DNA of 32,000 bases, taken from Verrucomicrobiota bacterium (GTDB lineage: Bacteria > Verrucomicrobiota > Verrucomicrobiia > Chthoniobacterales > UBA6821). Positions 1 to 8,238 of the stretch are shown here, one piece after another. Below the pieces are notes generated by a model. It made no database searches. It saw only the letters and a program-made list of their open reading frames with translations, and had not been told where the DNA came from. Positions within the stretch are counted from its first letter, which is position 1; every line of letters begins with the position of its first letter. The position numbers and the translations under genes are program-made. Location of the stretch: contig WBXG01000006.1 of assembly GCA_008932965.1 (NCBI GenBank), positions 1 through 32,000 of the forward strand, read 5' to 3'.

Positions 1-119
1 AGACTCACATTTTGATTTGGGCAGTATGTACACATACAGCCCTGCATCAAAATGCTCGCCTGCCTTACCCCATCAGCCTTCGCGGCCTCCTCGTCACGAT
101 CAGTATGAAATATCCGGGT
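1..119 (-). mobile_element. MITE-like palindromic element, copy truncated by the window start (174-bp size class)
   Basis: It ends in gatcagtatgaaatatccgggt, followed by TA at 120-121. Bases 1-100 match the reverse complement of 19654-19753 at 99/100 positions. Confidence 0.85.
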
Positions 120-130
120 TAAGGAGTCGC

Positions 131-152
131 GATTAGTGTGAAATATGCGGGC
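131..152. repeat. Solo terminal-repeat fragment of the same element
   Basis: The sequence gattagtgtgaaatatgcgggc followed by TA (153-154) matches the right end of the copy at 30895-31020 (gatttagtgtgaaatatccgggt + TA). It contains the ATG at 145 that the ORF track uses for proS. Confidence 0.55.
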
Positions 153-204
153 TAGCATCATTTTCTTTACCACTGACGTCTCTCTCTTTACTCTACTGGG
201 TCGT

Positions 205-1725
205 ATGAGCACCCCTTCCCGTAACGCTATTTCTCCCACACGCCATGATGATTTTCCAGAATGGTACCAACAGGTTGTGCGTGCTGCTGAGATGGCAGAA
301 AATTCGGAGGTCCGTGGTTGCATGGTGATCAAACCGTGGGGCTATGCTCTTTGGGAGCGGATGCAAAGCATTCTTGATGGAATGTTTAAAGCAACAGGCC
401 ATCGTAATGCCTATTTCCCTCTTTTTATTCCATTAAGCCACTTACAAAAAGAGGCAGAGCATGTGGAGGGATTTGCCAAAGAATGTGCCGTGGTCACCCA
501 TCATCGTCTCGAGATGAAGGAAGGAAAGCTTGTTCCTGCAGGTGAATTAACAGAACCGCTGATCGTACGTCCTACCTCTGAAACAATCATCGGTTCTACC
601 TATGCCAAATGGGTAAAGTCGTATCGCGACCTTCCCATTTTGCTCAATCAATGGGCTAATGTGGTCCGCTGGGAGATGCGACCACGTCTTTTTTTACGCA
701 CCGCAGAATTCCTCTGGCAAGAAGGACACACCGCTCATGAGACGGAGCAAGAGGCCATTGCAGAGACGGAGAAGATGCTTGGGATTTATGAAACTTTTAC
801 ACGAGAGTACTTAGCCTTACCGGTCATTTGTGGTGAGAAGACAGCAAGTGAACGATTCCCTGGAGCCGTCCGTACCTACTGTATTGAGGCCATGGTCCAA
901 GATTGCAAGGCGATTCAAGCAGGCACCTCCCACTTCTTGGGACAAAATTTCGCCAAAGCCTCGGATATTAAATTTCAATCTCGTTTAGGAACACTCGAAC
1001 ATGCTTGGACAACAAGCTGGGGAGTGAGCACACGGTTGATTGGAACACTACTAATGGCTCATGGCGATGATGATGGTGCTATCCTGCCTCCGCGTATCGC
1101 AGCAAGCCAAGTCGTCATTATTCCTTTTATTCCAAAAGAAGAACAACGCACCGCCATCCTTGAAAAAGCAGAAGCAATCGCACTCCTCCTACGGACCACA
1201 CAGTACGCTGGAGAAGCTGTACGTATAGAAATCGATAGTCGCGATATCAATGGAAGCACCAAAAATTGGGACTGGATCAAGCGTGGAGCTCCACTGCGCC
1301 TTGAGATTGGCCCACGTGACTTGGAATCAGGAACAGTGGCCCTTGCACGACGCGATCGTGCTCCGAAAGAAAAAGAATCCATCTCCATAGAGGCACTTTC
1401 AGAGCGTATTCCAGAAATTTTAGCTGAAATTCAACACTCACTTTGGGAGCGAGCCCTGATATTTCGTACCACTCATACTCGTGAGATTGATACTAAGGAA
1501 GAGTTCTATGAGTTTTTTACTCCTAAAAATAAAACTCAACCTGAGATTCATGGTGGGTTTGCGTTAACCCATTGGAACGGATCTGCTGAAGCCGAAGCCA
1601 AACTCAAAGAGGATCTCAAGGTCACCATCCGCTGCATTCCTTTGGAAGAGGCTCCAAAGGCTGGCACCTGTCCCTTTACTGGAGAACCGAGTCGCCAGCG
1701 TGTGGTTTTTGGGAAGTCGTATTAA
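205..1725 (+). CDS. proS: Prolyl-tRNA synthetase (archaeal/eukaryote-like class II type)
   Basis: The translation shows typical ProRS features: PEWYQQVV..AE, class II motifs (FRDE-like RPRLFLRTAEF, GTSHFLGQNF) and a C-terminal anticodon-binding/Zn region. I prefer the ATG at 205 (MSTPSRN) because the ATG at 145 lies inside a repeat fragment. Confidence 0.9.
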   Translation: MSTPSRNAISPTRHDDFPEWYQQVVRAAEMAENSEVRGCMVIKPWGYALWERMQSILDGMFKATGHRNAYFPLFIPLSHLQKEAEHVEGFAKECAVVTHHRLEMKEGKLVPAGELTEPLIVRPTSETIIGSTYAKWVKSYRDLPILLNQWANVVRWEMRPRLFLRTAEFLWQEGHTAHETEQEAIAETEKMLGIYETFTREYLALPVICGEKTASERFPGAVRTYCIEAMVQDCKAIQAGTSHFLGQNFAKASDIKFQSRLGTLEHAWTTSWGVSTRLIGTLLMAHGDDDGAILPPRIAASQVVIIPFIPKEEQRTAILEKAEAIALLLRTTQYAGEAVRIEIDSRDINGSTKNWDWIKRGAPLRLEIGPRDLESGTVALARRDRAPKEKESISIEALSERIPEILAEIQHSLWERALIFRTTHTREIDTKEEFYEFFTPKNKTQPEIHGGFALTHWNGSAEAEAKLKEDLKVTIRCIPLEEAPKAGTCPFTGEPSRQRVVFGKSY

Positions 1726-1775
1726 CCCAAATCGTATTAACCCAGTTTTATGGAATTATATTGCTGATAAAAAGG

Positions 1776-1836
1776 AAACGGGCCGCTGTTGGTCGACCTG
1801 AAAAAACCAAGAAACAGATCGCAGCGGCCCGTTTTT
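1776..1836 (+). terminator. Putative rho-independent terminator of proS (long-loop hairpin plus T5)
   Basis: A 13-bp perfect stem, aaacgggccgctg (1776-1788) / cagcggcccgttt (1822-1834), encloses a 33-nt loop and runs into ttttt (1832-1836). It lies 50 nt after the proS stop. Confidence 0.45.
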
Positions 1837-1896
1837 AGAAGAACGGACCACCGTTACTCGACCTGAAAAAACCAAGAAACAGATCGCGATGGCCCG
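1777..1896 (+). repeat. Tandem direct repeat of two 65-bp hairpin units
   Basis: Unit 1 starts at 1777 and unit 2 at 1842. A 30-nt core, tcgacctgaaaaaaccaagaaacagatcgc, is identical at 1793-1822 and 1858-1887. The flanking stem arms differ between units, partly by compensatory changes. Confidence 0.7.
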
Positions 1897-1971
1897 CTAA
1901 ATAAAATAAACTACATCACGATAGACCGTAAAAACTGCTGCACGTTCAAAAAAAATTAAATTATTTTTACT

Positions 1972-2970
1972 ATGTTTCAAAATATTGCTGTTTTAACTTC
2001 TGGAGGTGATGCCCCTGGAATGAATCCTGCTATTCGTTCTGTTGTTCGAACAGCCATGGAGAGAGGCTGTGATGTGATTGGTATTAGCAACGGCTATGAT
2101 GGGATTTTTGAAGGGGCTATAGAAAAATTAACCGGAACCATTCTCTCTGGGATGATTGACCGTGGAGGCACTATTTTACAATCAAGTCGCTGCAAGCGTT
2201 TTTATGATCCCGCAGGGATCGATGAGGCTAAGGAACGGTTGATCCAGCTTGGCATTCAAGGCTTGGTGGTTATCGGAGGCGACGGCTCTCTTACCGGTGC
2301 TCGGGAGCTACATCGACGAGGATTTCCAGTCATTGGTATTCCTGCAAGCATCGATAATGATATGCTTGGGACCGAAATGGCCATTGGTGCTGATACTGCT
2401 GCCAATACCATCATGCAACTCATTGATCGCATTCGTGACACTGCGCGCTCTCACAGGCGCTGTTTTCTTATTGAGGTGATGGGACGCAACTCAGGCTTTC
2501 TGGCACTAACAACCGCTATTAGCTGCGGAGCAGAGGTAGCTGTCATTCCAGAATTTGCCCACAACATGAGTCGTATTGTTCATCTCCTTCGATCCCGCTT
2601 TGAAAAGACTCGTGATAACTCCATTATCGTCCTAGCCGAGGGGGTTTGTGATGCTGAAACCTTTATTTTCAGAATGCTTGCTGAAGAACAAGGGGTCTCC
2701 TTTGATCAAGAAATTCGCAAGACCGTCTTGGGGCATGTCCAACGCGGGGGAATTCCGACCCATTTTGATCGTATCCTAGGAGCTCGTTTTGGCGAGATGG
2801 CTGTGCTCGGTCTGCTTCAAGGTGAGAGTGGGAGTATGACTGGTTTAGAACAGAGCCATGTGAAACTTGTCGATTTAGAGAAAGTCATCGGCTTTAAAAA
2901 ACATCCCTCCTCCGAACTCATTCGACTGGCACGTCATTTGCAAATCGAATTCGGCGATGTCGTAGAGTGA
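1972..2970 (+). CDS. pfkA: ATP-dependent 6-phosphofructokinase
   Basis: It has an N-terminal IAVLTSGGDAPGMNPAIR motif, GGDGS, PASIDND and MGR motifs, and is 332 aa long. Confidence 0.92.
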   Translation: MFQNIAVLTSGGDAPGMNPAIRSVVRTAMERGCDVIGISNGYDGIFEGAIEKLTGTILSGMIDRGGTILQSSRCKRFYDPAGIDEAKERLIQLGIQGLVVIGGDGSLTGARELHRRGFPVIGIPASIDNDMLGTEMAIGADTAANTIMQLIDRIRDTARSHRRCFLIEVMGRNSGFLALTTAISCGAEVAVIPEFAHNMSRIVHLLRSRFEKTRDNSIIVLAEGVCDAETFIFRMLAEEQGVSFDQEIRKTVLGHVQRGGIPTHFDRILGARFGEMAVLGLLQGESGSMTGLEQSHVKLVDLEKVIGFKKHPSSELIRLARHLQIEFGDVVE

Positions 2971-3012
2971 TTTCTTAAAAGGAATGGTCAACTTTTTGAT
3001 CAATATAAATAC

Positions 3013-3906
3013 TTACGATTGGGGCATACGACTTCTCACATTCACCAGATAAGCCCCCAACAAGGTGATAGCTCCACCCGCGAATGCCATCAGCGTTGGA
3101 AGCTCCCCGAGTAATAGCCATCCTAAGAGAATAGAAAGGAGTGGTAAAAGGAACATCCAGCTAGCTACTTGAGCCATATTCGTTTTACTACTTGTGTAGG
3201 CATAGAGAAGATAGCAAAGAGCTCCCGGAAAGATTCCAAGAAGGAGCATATTGAACGTGGTTGAAGGGGGGGCCTGCAGCACTGCCTTGCTCAATCCACC
3301 CCCAAAAGGAATCAAGGCAAAAGTGCCTATCCAAATTGACCAGGTGGTGATTTCAAGGGGAGAGTAATAACTGAGCATTTTTTTCATGAGAAGGCCATAA
3401 ATAGACGCACTCACCATGGCAAGCACTACGAGTAAAGCACCCGATGAGAAATGGAGCGACCCATGCGCTCCCATTGCAGTTATAACGACCCCACTAAAAG
3501 CAATAAAAACACCCCCCCACCCTACGTGGGTCAATTTTTCAGAAAAAAAATAACGAGCTCCCAGTGCCATCAAAATAGGAAGAAGGGCTCCTAAGAGAGC
3601 CGCTGTTCCTGCGGTGATAGTAACTTCCCCAGAATTAACACAATAATTATAAATACTAAATCCGGTCATCCCCATGATTGCGATGAGAGGCAGATGACGC
3701 CAGGTGGGAAGGTGCGCTCCATGCCATGCCCAAAATGGAAAAAGAACTATGGATGCGATTGTGTAGCGGCCAAGGGCTAATTGTCCTGGAGTGTAAGCTT
3801 CAAGTGCTGCTCGAATACCTACCCACCCCCATCCCCAACCAAGAGCAGACCCAGCAAGGCACAGGTATAATATCCATTGTGGAGAAAGAGAAGAAGGTCG
3901 ATTCAT
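3013..3906 (-). CDS. EamA/DMT-family transporter
   Basis: The 297-aa protein is predicted to span the membrane about 10 times, with the duplicated EamA-like architecture. Confidence 0.7.
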   Translation of the reverse strand: MNRPSSLSPQWILYLCLAGSALGWGWGWVGIRAALEAYTPGQLALGRYTIASIVLFPFWAWHGAHLPTWRHLPLIAIMGMTGFSIYNYCVNSGEVTITAGTAALLGALLPILMALGARYFFSEKLTHVGWGGVFIAFSGVVITAMGAHGSLHFSSGALLVVLAMVSASIYGLLMKKMLSYYSPLEITTWSIWIGTFALIPFGGGLSKAVLQAPPSTTFNMLLLGIFPGALCYLLYAYTSSKTNMAQVASWMFLLPLLSILLGWLLLGELPTLMAFAGGAITLLGAYLVNVRSRMPQS

Positions 3907-3968
3907 TCAAAAATAAGAAGAGCAGAGAACTTGTGCAATGCGAAGGAAGAACGTAGAATTTATCATTA

Positions 3969-4226
3969 ATGAAACATTTATTCATCTTTTTAGTGGCCTC
4001 TTCCCTGAGTTGTTTGGCAACAGAAGAGCCAGCAAAAGTAAAACCAGAGACTCCCTATTCCATTTCAACCTGTGTTGTTTCTGAAAATCCACTTGGGGTT
4101 ATGGGACCGCCCTTTATTATCGACCATAATGGAACCGAAGTTCGCTTTTGCTGCCAGGAGTGTGTGAAAGATTTCAATAAAGATCCCGAAAAATATTTGA
4201 AAAAGTTACACGGGAGTCCCCAGTAG
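3969..4226 (+). CDS. Small secreted YHS/TRASH-like metal-binding domain protein
   Basis: It has an N-terminal signal peptide (MKHLFIFLVASSLSCLA) and the pattern EVRFCCQECVKDFNKDPEKY, which resembles YHS domains. Confidence 0.5.
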   Translation: MKHLFIFLVASSLSCLATEEPAKVKPETPYSISTCVVSENPLGVMGPPFIIDHNGTEVRFCCQECVKDFNKDPEKYLKKLHGSPQ

Positions 4227-4341
4227 TAAAACAACGATCGTGCCGTTTACAAGATGTAAAAATGCCCCCCTCGTTAACATCGATATCTGCCAAATCATAT
4301 TCACGATTCGAAATCATGATTCTTTTTAGACATTCTACTTT

Positions 4342-5475
4342 ATGATGAACAACCCATCCTACAAAGCTCTTGCCTCCGTGCTTACAGAGCATTCTACCAA
4401 GTTAAAAAAAGGAGATCGAGTGCTCATTGATGCCCATGATGTTCCAGAATCTTTTGTGATTGCGCTTCTACGTGCAGTGAGAAAATGTGGGGCAATGCCC
4501 TTTGTGCAGCTTCATTCAGGAAAGATTGCACGTGAACTGGCTTGCGGAATCTCCCAACAACAAGCCTCTACGATATTGGAACTGGATTTAGCACGCATGA
4601 AAAAAATGCAGGCTTATATTTGTGTTCGAGGAAGCAAAAATATTGCTGAGATGGCTGATGTGCCACAAGAAAAAATGAATATTCTCTTAGAAACGTTGAA
4701 GCCACTTTCCAATTATCGGGTCAACAAAACACGTTGGGTCGTCCTTCGATGGCCAACCGATTCCATGGCCCAACAGGCACATCAGAGCACCGAGGCCTTT
4801 GAAGAATTCTTCTTTCGTGTCTGCACGCTCGATTATGCTCGTATGCAGCCAGGAATGAAGGCTCTTAAAGCTCTCATGGACCGCACCGACCGTGTGACTA
4901 TAAAAGGGCCTGGAACAGATTTGCGTTTTAGCATCAAAGGAATTGGCTCTGTGATGTGTGGTGGAGAGTTTAATATTCCAGATGGGGAGGTTTTTAGCTG
5001 TCCGGTCAAAAGTAGCGTCGAGGGAGAGATTACGTTTAATACACCCACCATCTACCGAGGTATTTGCTTTGAAAATATCCATCTTGTTTTTTCTAAAGGA
5101 AAAATTATCGAGGCCACCTCGAGTGACACCAAGGCACTTCATGAAATCCTAGATACCGACCCGGGAGCACGTTATATTGGGGAATTTTCTCTTGGTTTTA
5201 ATCCTCATATTTTACATCCGATGCGTGACATTCTCTTTGATGAAAAAATTGCTGGATCATTTCATTTTACACCAGGGCAAGCCTATGAGATTGCTGGCAA
5301 TAAAAATAAAAGTGCTATTCATTGGGACATGGTCTCTATTCAGCGAAAAGATTATGGGGGTGGGAAAATTTGGTTTGATGATCTGCTCATTCGTAAAGAT
5401 GGACTCTTTACGGTGCCAGCATTAAAGATGCTTAATCCCGACTATCTCCTTAAAAAAAGAAAACTGAATGATTAA
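4342..5475 (+). CDS. Aminopeptidase, M29 (AmpS/PepS) family
   Basis: The 377-aa product has the overall pattern of thermophilic-metalloprotease-family aminopeptidases (..[22 protein letters not shown]). Confidence 0.7.
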   Translation: MMNNPSYKALASVLTEHSTKLKKGDRVLIDAHDVPESFVIALLRAVRKCGAMPFVQLHSGKIARELACGISQQQASTILELDLARMKKMQAYICVRGSKNIAEMADVPQEKMNILLETLKPLSNYRVNKTRWVVLRWPTDSMAQQAHQSTEAFEEFFFRVCTLDYARMQPGMKALKALMDRTDRVTIKGPGTDLRFSIKGIGSVMCGGEFNIPDGEVFSCPVKSSVEGEITFNTPTIYRGICFENIHLVFSKGKIIEATSSDTKALHEILDTDPGARYIGEFSLGFNPHILHPMRDILFDEKIAGSFHFTPGQAYEIAGNKNKSAIHWDMVSIQRKDYGGGKIWFDDLLIRKDGLFTVPALKMLNPDYLLKKRKLND

Positions 5476-6001
5476 CTCCCTGATTCATCATTTTAACGAG
5501 CTCTGGAAGCGGTTTACTCAAGCGCACGACCATCCTCATGCTATGGCAGGAGGTATGGCCATTGGGGTCTTTTTTGGATTCATTCCAGCCTTTGGATTTA
5601 AAACACTCCTAGCACTTGGAACATCTCTAATCACCCGTAGCAATCTTATTGCTGCCGTTGTGGGAGTCACATTACATGATATTTTTTGTTGGAGCTGGCC
5701 ATTTCTTTACCGATTTGAATTTCAGGTAGGTCATTGGATTTTAAGTAACCCCCATCAATTTGCACCTAAATTACTCAGAACAGATTTTAGGCTTTCAGAA
5801 ATCTTACAATGGGAAAATTTCATCAATATTCTCTACCCATGGCTTCTTGGTTCGATCATCATAGCAATTCCATTCACCTGCTTAGCATACGTTACAACAC
5901 TTATTTTCATGTACTATCGAGAAAAGAAAAAAGTAGTTCACCACGATCCAGCTTCTCAAGCTTGCCCTCAAGAGAGCTTCCAGCTAGGAATCAAGAAATG
6001 A
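5468..6001 (+). CDS. DUF2062-like membrane protein
   Basis: It carries the [29 protein letters not shown] motif and predicted TM segments. Its start overlaps the upstream stop by 8 nt. Confidence 0.55.
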   Translation: MINSLIHHFNELWKRFTQAHDHPHAMAGGMAIGVFFGFIPAFGFKTLLALGTSLITRSNLIAAVVGVTLHDIFCWSWPFLYRFEFQVGHWILSNPHQFAPKLLRTDFRLSEILQWENFINILYPWLLGSIIIAIPFTCLAYVTTLIFMYYREKKKVVHHDPASQACPQESFQLGIKK

Positions 6002-6327
6002 ATATTCGAGTTTTTTTTACAGTTCTGGCCTTCTCGCTATTTTTGCTTGGGGGAAATGAAATTCTCCTCGCTCAACAAGCCATGCAGCCTGACAGTCAGT
6101 TTGTTGCCCCCAAAAAGAGAACTCAGGCAATCCAAAGAAAAGTGGAAAAAGAGTCGCTCATTACTCCAGATGGTATTTTAACCAAAGCGTATCAATCTAA
6201 AAGACCTTGGGAAATGGTGAGCCCTTTTGCTTCTCAATCCTATGGAGATGGCCAAGAGATGATTTCTGAAAATCCTAATCAGCTTGGAAAACAAAATGGG
6301 CTTATCATCTTTGGAATTGAATGGTGA
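5998..6327 (+). CDS. Hypothetical secreted protein
   Basis: An internal ATG of track ORF 5809..6327 gives [19 protein letters not shown], a signal-peptide-like N-terminus. It forms an ATGA overlap with the upstream stop. Confidence 0.5.
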   Translation: MNIRVFFTVLAFSLFLLGGNEILLAQQAMQPDSQFVAPKKRTQAIQRKVEKESLITPDGILTKAYQSKRPWEMVSPFASQSYGDGQEMISENPNQLGKQNGLIIFGIEW

Positions 6328-6336
6328 TAAGAGGCT

Positions 6337-6780
6337 CTACTTTTCTCGTACAGGAACTACAAGAATAGGCTTGGTCGCATGTTTGAGAAGCGCCGTGACA
6401 ACGCTCCCATTAAAAAGATGGTATAGTCCACCGTGACCGTGGGAACCAACAACCACCATGGAGGCATGACTAGCCTGCTTCTGAATTTCTTCTAAGGGAA
6501 GGGCTGCTTTAGCTACTATTTCACAAGGAATACCACGGGTTTCTAAAGGTGCTGCTAATGAAGCAAGGTCTTTTTTAATTTCTTGAATTTCTTCTTCAGA
6601 GGGAGGCACTGGGATGGCCACTGCATCCATGGAGGAGCCTATAGGAGTATATGAACTCACTACAGAAATAACATGAAGTAGAATAATTTTTGCTTTGAGT
6701 GGTTCTGCTAAGTCGGCAGCAGCTTCCACAATTTGAGTGCTAATAGGACTAAGATCAACAGCAACAAGGATAGTTTTCAT
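6337..6780 (-). CDS. Universal stress protein (UspA family)
   Basis: It contains MKTILVAVDLS... and ...VVVGSHGHGGLYHLFNGSVVTALLKHATKPILVVP, the ATP-binding G-x2-G-x9-GS motif. I prefer the start at MKTIL. Confidence 0.85.
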   Translation of the reverse strand: MKTILVAVDLSPISTQIVEAAADLAEPLKAKIILLHVISVVSSYTPIGSSMDAVAIPVPPSEEEIQEIKKDLASLAAPLETRGIPCEIVAKAALPLEEIQKQASHASMVVVGSHGHGGLYHLFNGSVVTALLKHATKPILVVPVREK

Positions 6781-6817
6781 ACCGGTTACTATAACCATAA
6801 CTAAGAGAACAAGGCTA

Positions 6818-6885
6818 GCCCGGATATTTCATACTAAATCTATTACGGCTTATGGAAAGCTCATCATTACTGCGTTGATCTCGAA
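6818..6885 (-). mobile_element. MITE-like element, truncated copy (one terminus plus about 45 bp)
   Basis: TA (6816-6817) is followed by gcccggatatttcatactaaatctattacggct... This is collinear with the reverse complement of 30953-31020. Similarity is lost after 6885. The copy lies in the divergent usp / channel intergenic region. Confidence 0.75.
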
Positions 6886-6983
6886 TTATGATGAGATCAA
6901 GAAACGTGCCTCCATCTCTTACATACCAGAAGATCGCAAGAGATATTGTCAAGAGAGCGGATTAAAGATATACTCTTAAGATT

Positions 6984-7673
6984 GTGACTAAGAATATCAT
7001 GAGAATAAAAACAGGATCACTGATTCTTTGCGGAACCCTTTTTTTTCTTCTTTTTTTCGGTCCTATTCTCAATAAGTGGGCAGTGATACTAATACTGCTA
7101 CTTGGTCTAGGTAGTAAAATTATAGAAAGAAAAAAAACAACACGTTACCTTGTTCATTTTCTTCTTTGCCTCTTAGTACCTACTCTAGCAATCATTGCTG
7201 CCTGTTTTATAGGTTTTTTTCATTCCTATGATAAGACTGCTATGACCCCTATTATACTTCACATTGGGATTGTGGCTTTTTTGGTTGTTTATGCCACTGA
7301 TAGTCTTAAAGAATTGATGGCTTCTCATCAAACAAACAGCTCAGAAGTTTTAGGAGCACTCAATACCTACATTATTCTCGGTCTCATTTATGGTGAAATT
7401 TATGCATTTATTGCTTACTTTCAAAAAGGCTCCTTTTCAATTGCCTCGGCTATTACTCAATCGACATCAAGCACGAATCCAATTCATGATAGCTGGATCT
7501 ATATTTACTTTAGCTTTATTACTCAAACTAGTCTCGGCTTCGGTGATATGACACCTACTTCTCACCTCGCTCAGGTTATTGTTATTTCTCAAACAATCTT
7601 TGGACAGTTTTATATCGCTATCGTCTTAGCTTATTTACTCCATAATTATATTACGAAGGATAAAAAAGCGTAG
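6984..7673 (+). CDS. Ion channel family protein (two-TM K+ channel-like pore)
   Basis: It has multiple TM helices and a pore-signature-like TQTSLGFGDMTP. The start is either the GTG at 6984 or the ATG at 6999. Confidence 0.65.
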   Translation: MTKNIMRIKTGSLILCGTLFFLLFFGPILNKWAVILILLLGLGSKIIERKKTTRYLVHFLLCLLVPTLAIIAACFIGFFHSYDKTAMTPIILHIGIVAFLVVYATDSLKELMASHQTNSSEVLGALNTYIILGLIYGEIYAFIAYFQKGSFSIASAITQSTSSTNPIHDSWIYIYFSFITQTSLGFGDMTPTSHLAQVIVISQTIFGQFYIAIVLAYLLHNYITKDKKA

Positions 7674-7689
7674 TACGAGTAAAGGGTTA

Positions 7690-7710
7690 ACCCTGATATT
7701 TCAGACTGAC
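7690..7710. repeat. Solo terminal repeat of the MITE-like element
   Basis: TA (7688-7689) is followed by accctgatatttcagactgac. No partner terminus is nearby. Confidence 0.5.
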
Positions 7711-7735
7711 ATAACTTTTTTAATAGCCTCTAGGT

Positions 7736-7773
7736 AAAAAAAGAACCCGATCGACTGTTGTCAGATCGGGTTC
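7736..7773 (-). terminator. Rho-independent terminator (minus strand)
   Basis: A 10-bp perfect stem, gaacccgatc (7743-7752) / gatcgggttc (7764-7773), is followed on the minus strand by T7 (7736-7742). It lies 34 nt downstream of the small ORF at 7807..7911. Confidence 0.6.
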
Positions 7774-7806
7774 GAAATTATGTGTGAGTAATTTTTGATT
7801 GTAACG

Positions 7807-7911
7807 CTATCCTTTGAGTAATTGAAAAAGATTGAATGCGACAAAGAAAATCATAGAGGCAACGGCCGTAATAAGTAGGATTTTTGGAGAGTGTTTAGCG
7901 ATGGCTTTCAT
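7807..7911 (-). CDS. Possible small hydrophobic membrane protein (34 aa)
   Basis: My own translation of the minus strand is MKAIAKHSPKILLITAVASMIFFVAFNLFQLLKG*. It is too short for the ORF track, contains one TM-like segment, and is followed by a good terminator. Confidence 0.35.
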   Translation of the reverse strand: MKAIAKHSPKILLITAVASMIFFVAFNLFQLLKG

Positions 7912-8057
7912 AATCGAGTTTGAGTTATAGGGTTATTAGTTATCGAGGGAATCAACAATGAATTTGTCTTACTTATTAAGACAATTCTTTTGTATTTTTT
8001 GTTCAAATTAATTATTTGAATCAAAAGTTCGACTTCAAAGAATATCTTCGAAGGCTA

Positions 8058-8224
8058 GCCCGGATATTTCATACTGATCTACTGCGTAAGCCGATAAGTC
8101 AGATGGATGCTGTGTTAAACACACATTTTGACTTGGACAGTATCTACTCATACATCCTCCCAAACGCCGGCGGTGTCTGGATCAAAATTTCAGAACCTCA
8201 CGATGAGGCACTGAATATCCGGGT
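8058..8224 (-). mobile_element. MITE-like element, 167-bp copy
   Basis: TA (8056-8057) is followed by gcccggatatttcatactgatctactgcg, and the copy ends in ...ctgaatatccgggt. It ends 15 bp downstream of the pnp stop. Track ORF 8016..8351 is mainly its translation (IFHTDLLRKPISQMDAVL). Confidence 0.85.
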
Positions 8225-8238
8225 TCATAAAAGATCTG

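Noticed and set aside
145-204. The ATG at 145 as the proS start (as in the ORF track).
   Set aside because: This ATG lies inside a solo terminal-repeat fragment (gaaatATGcgggc). The added 20 residues (MRASIIFFTTDVSLFTLLGR) have no ProRS counterpart, so the ATG at 205 is more plausible.
7743-7780. A tRNA-like T-arm string (gggttcgaaa).
   Set aside because: No acceptor stem, D-arm or anticodon arm can be built around it. It is the descending arm of a simple terminator hairpin.
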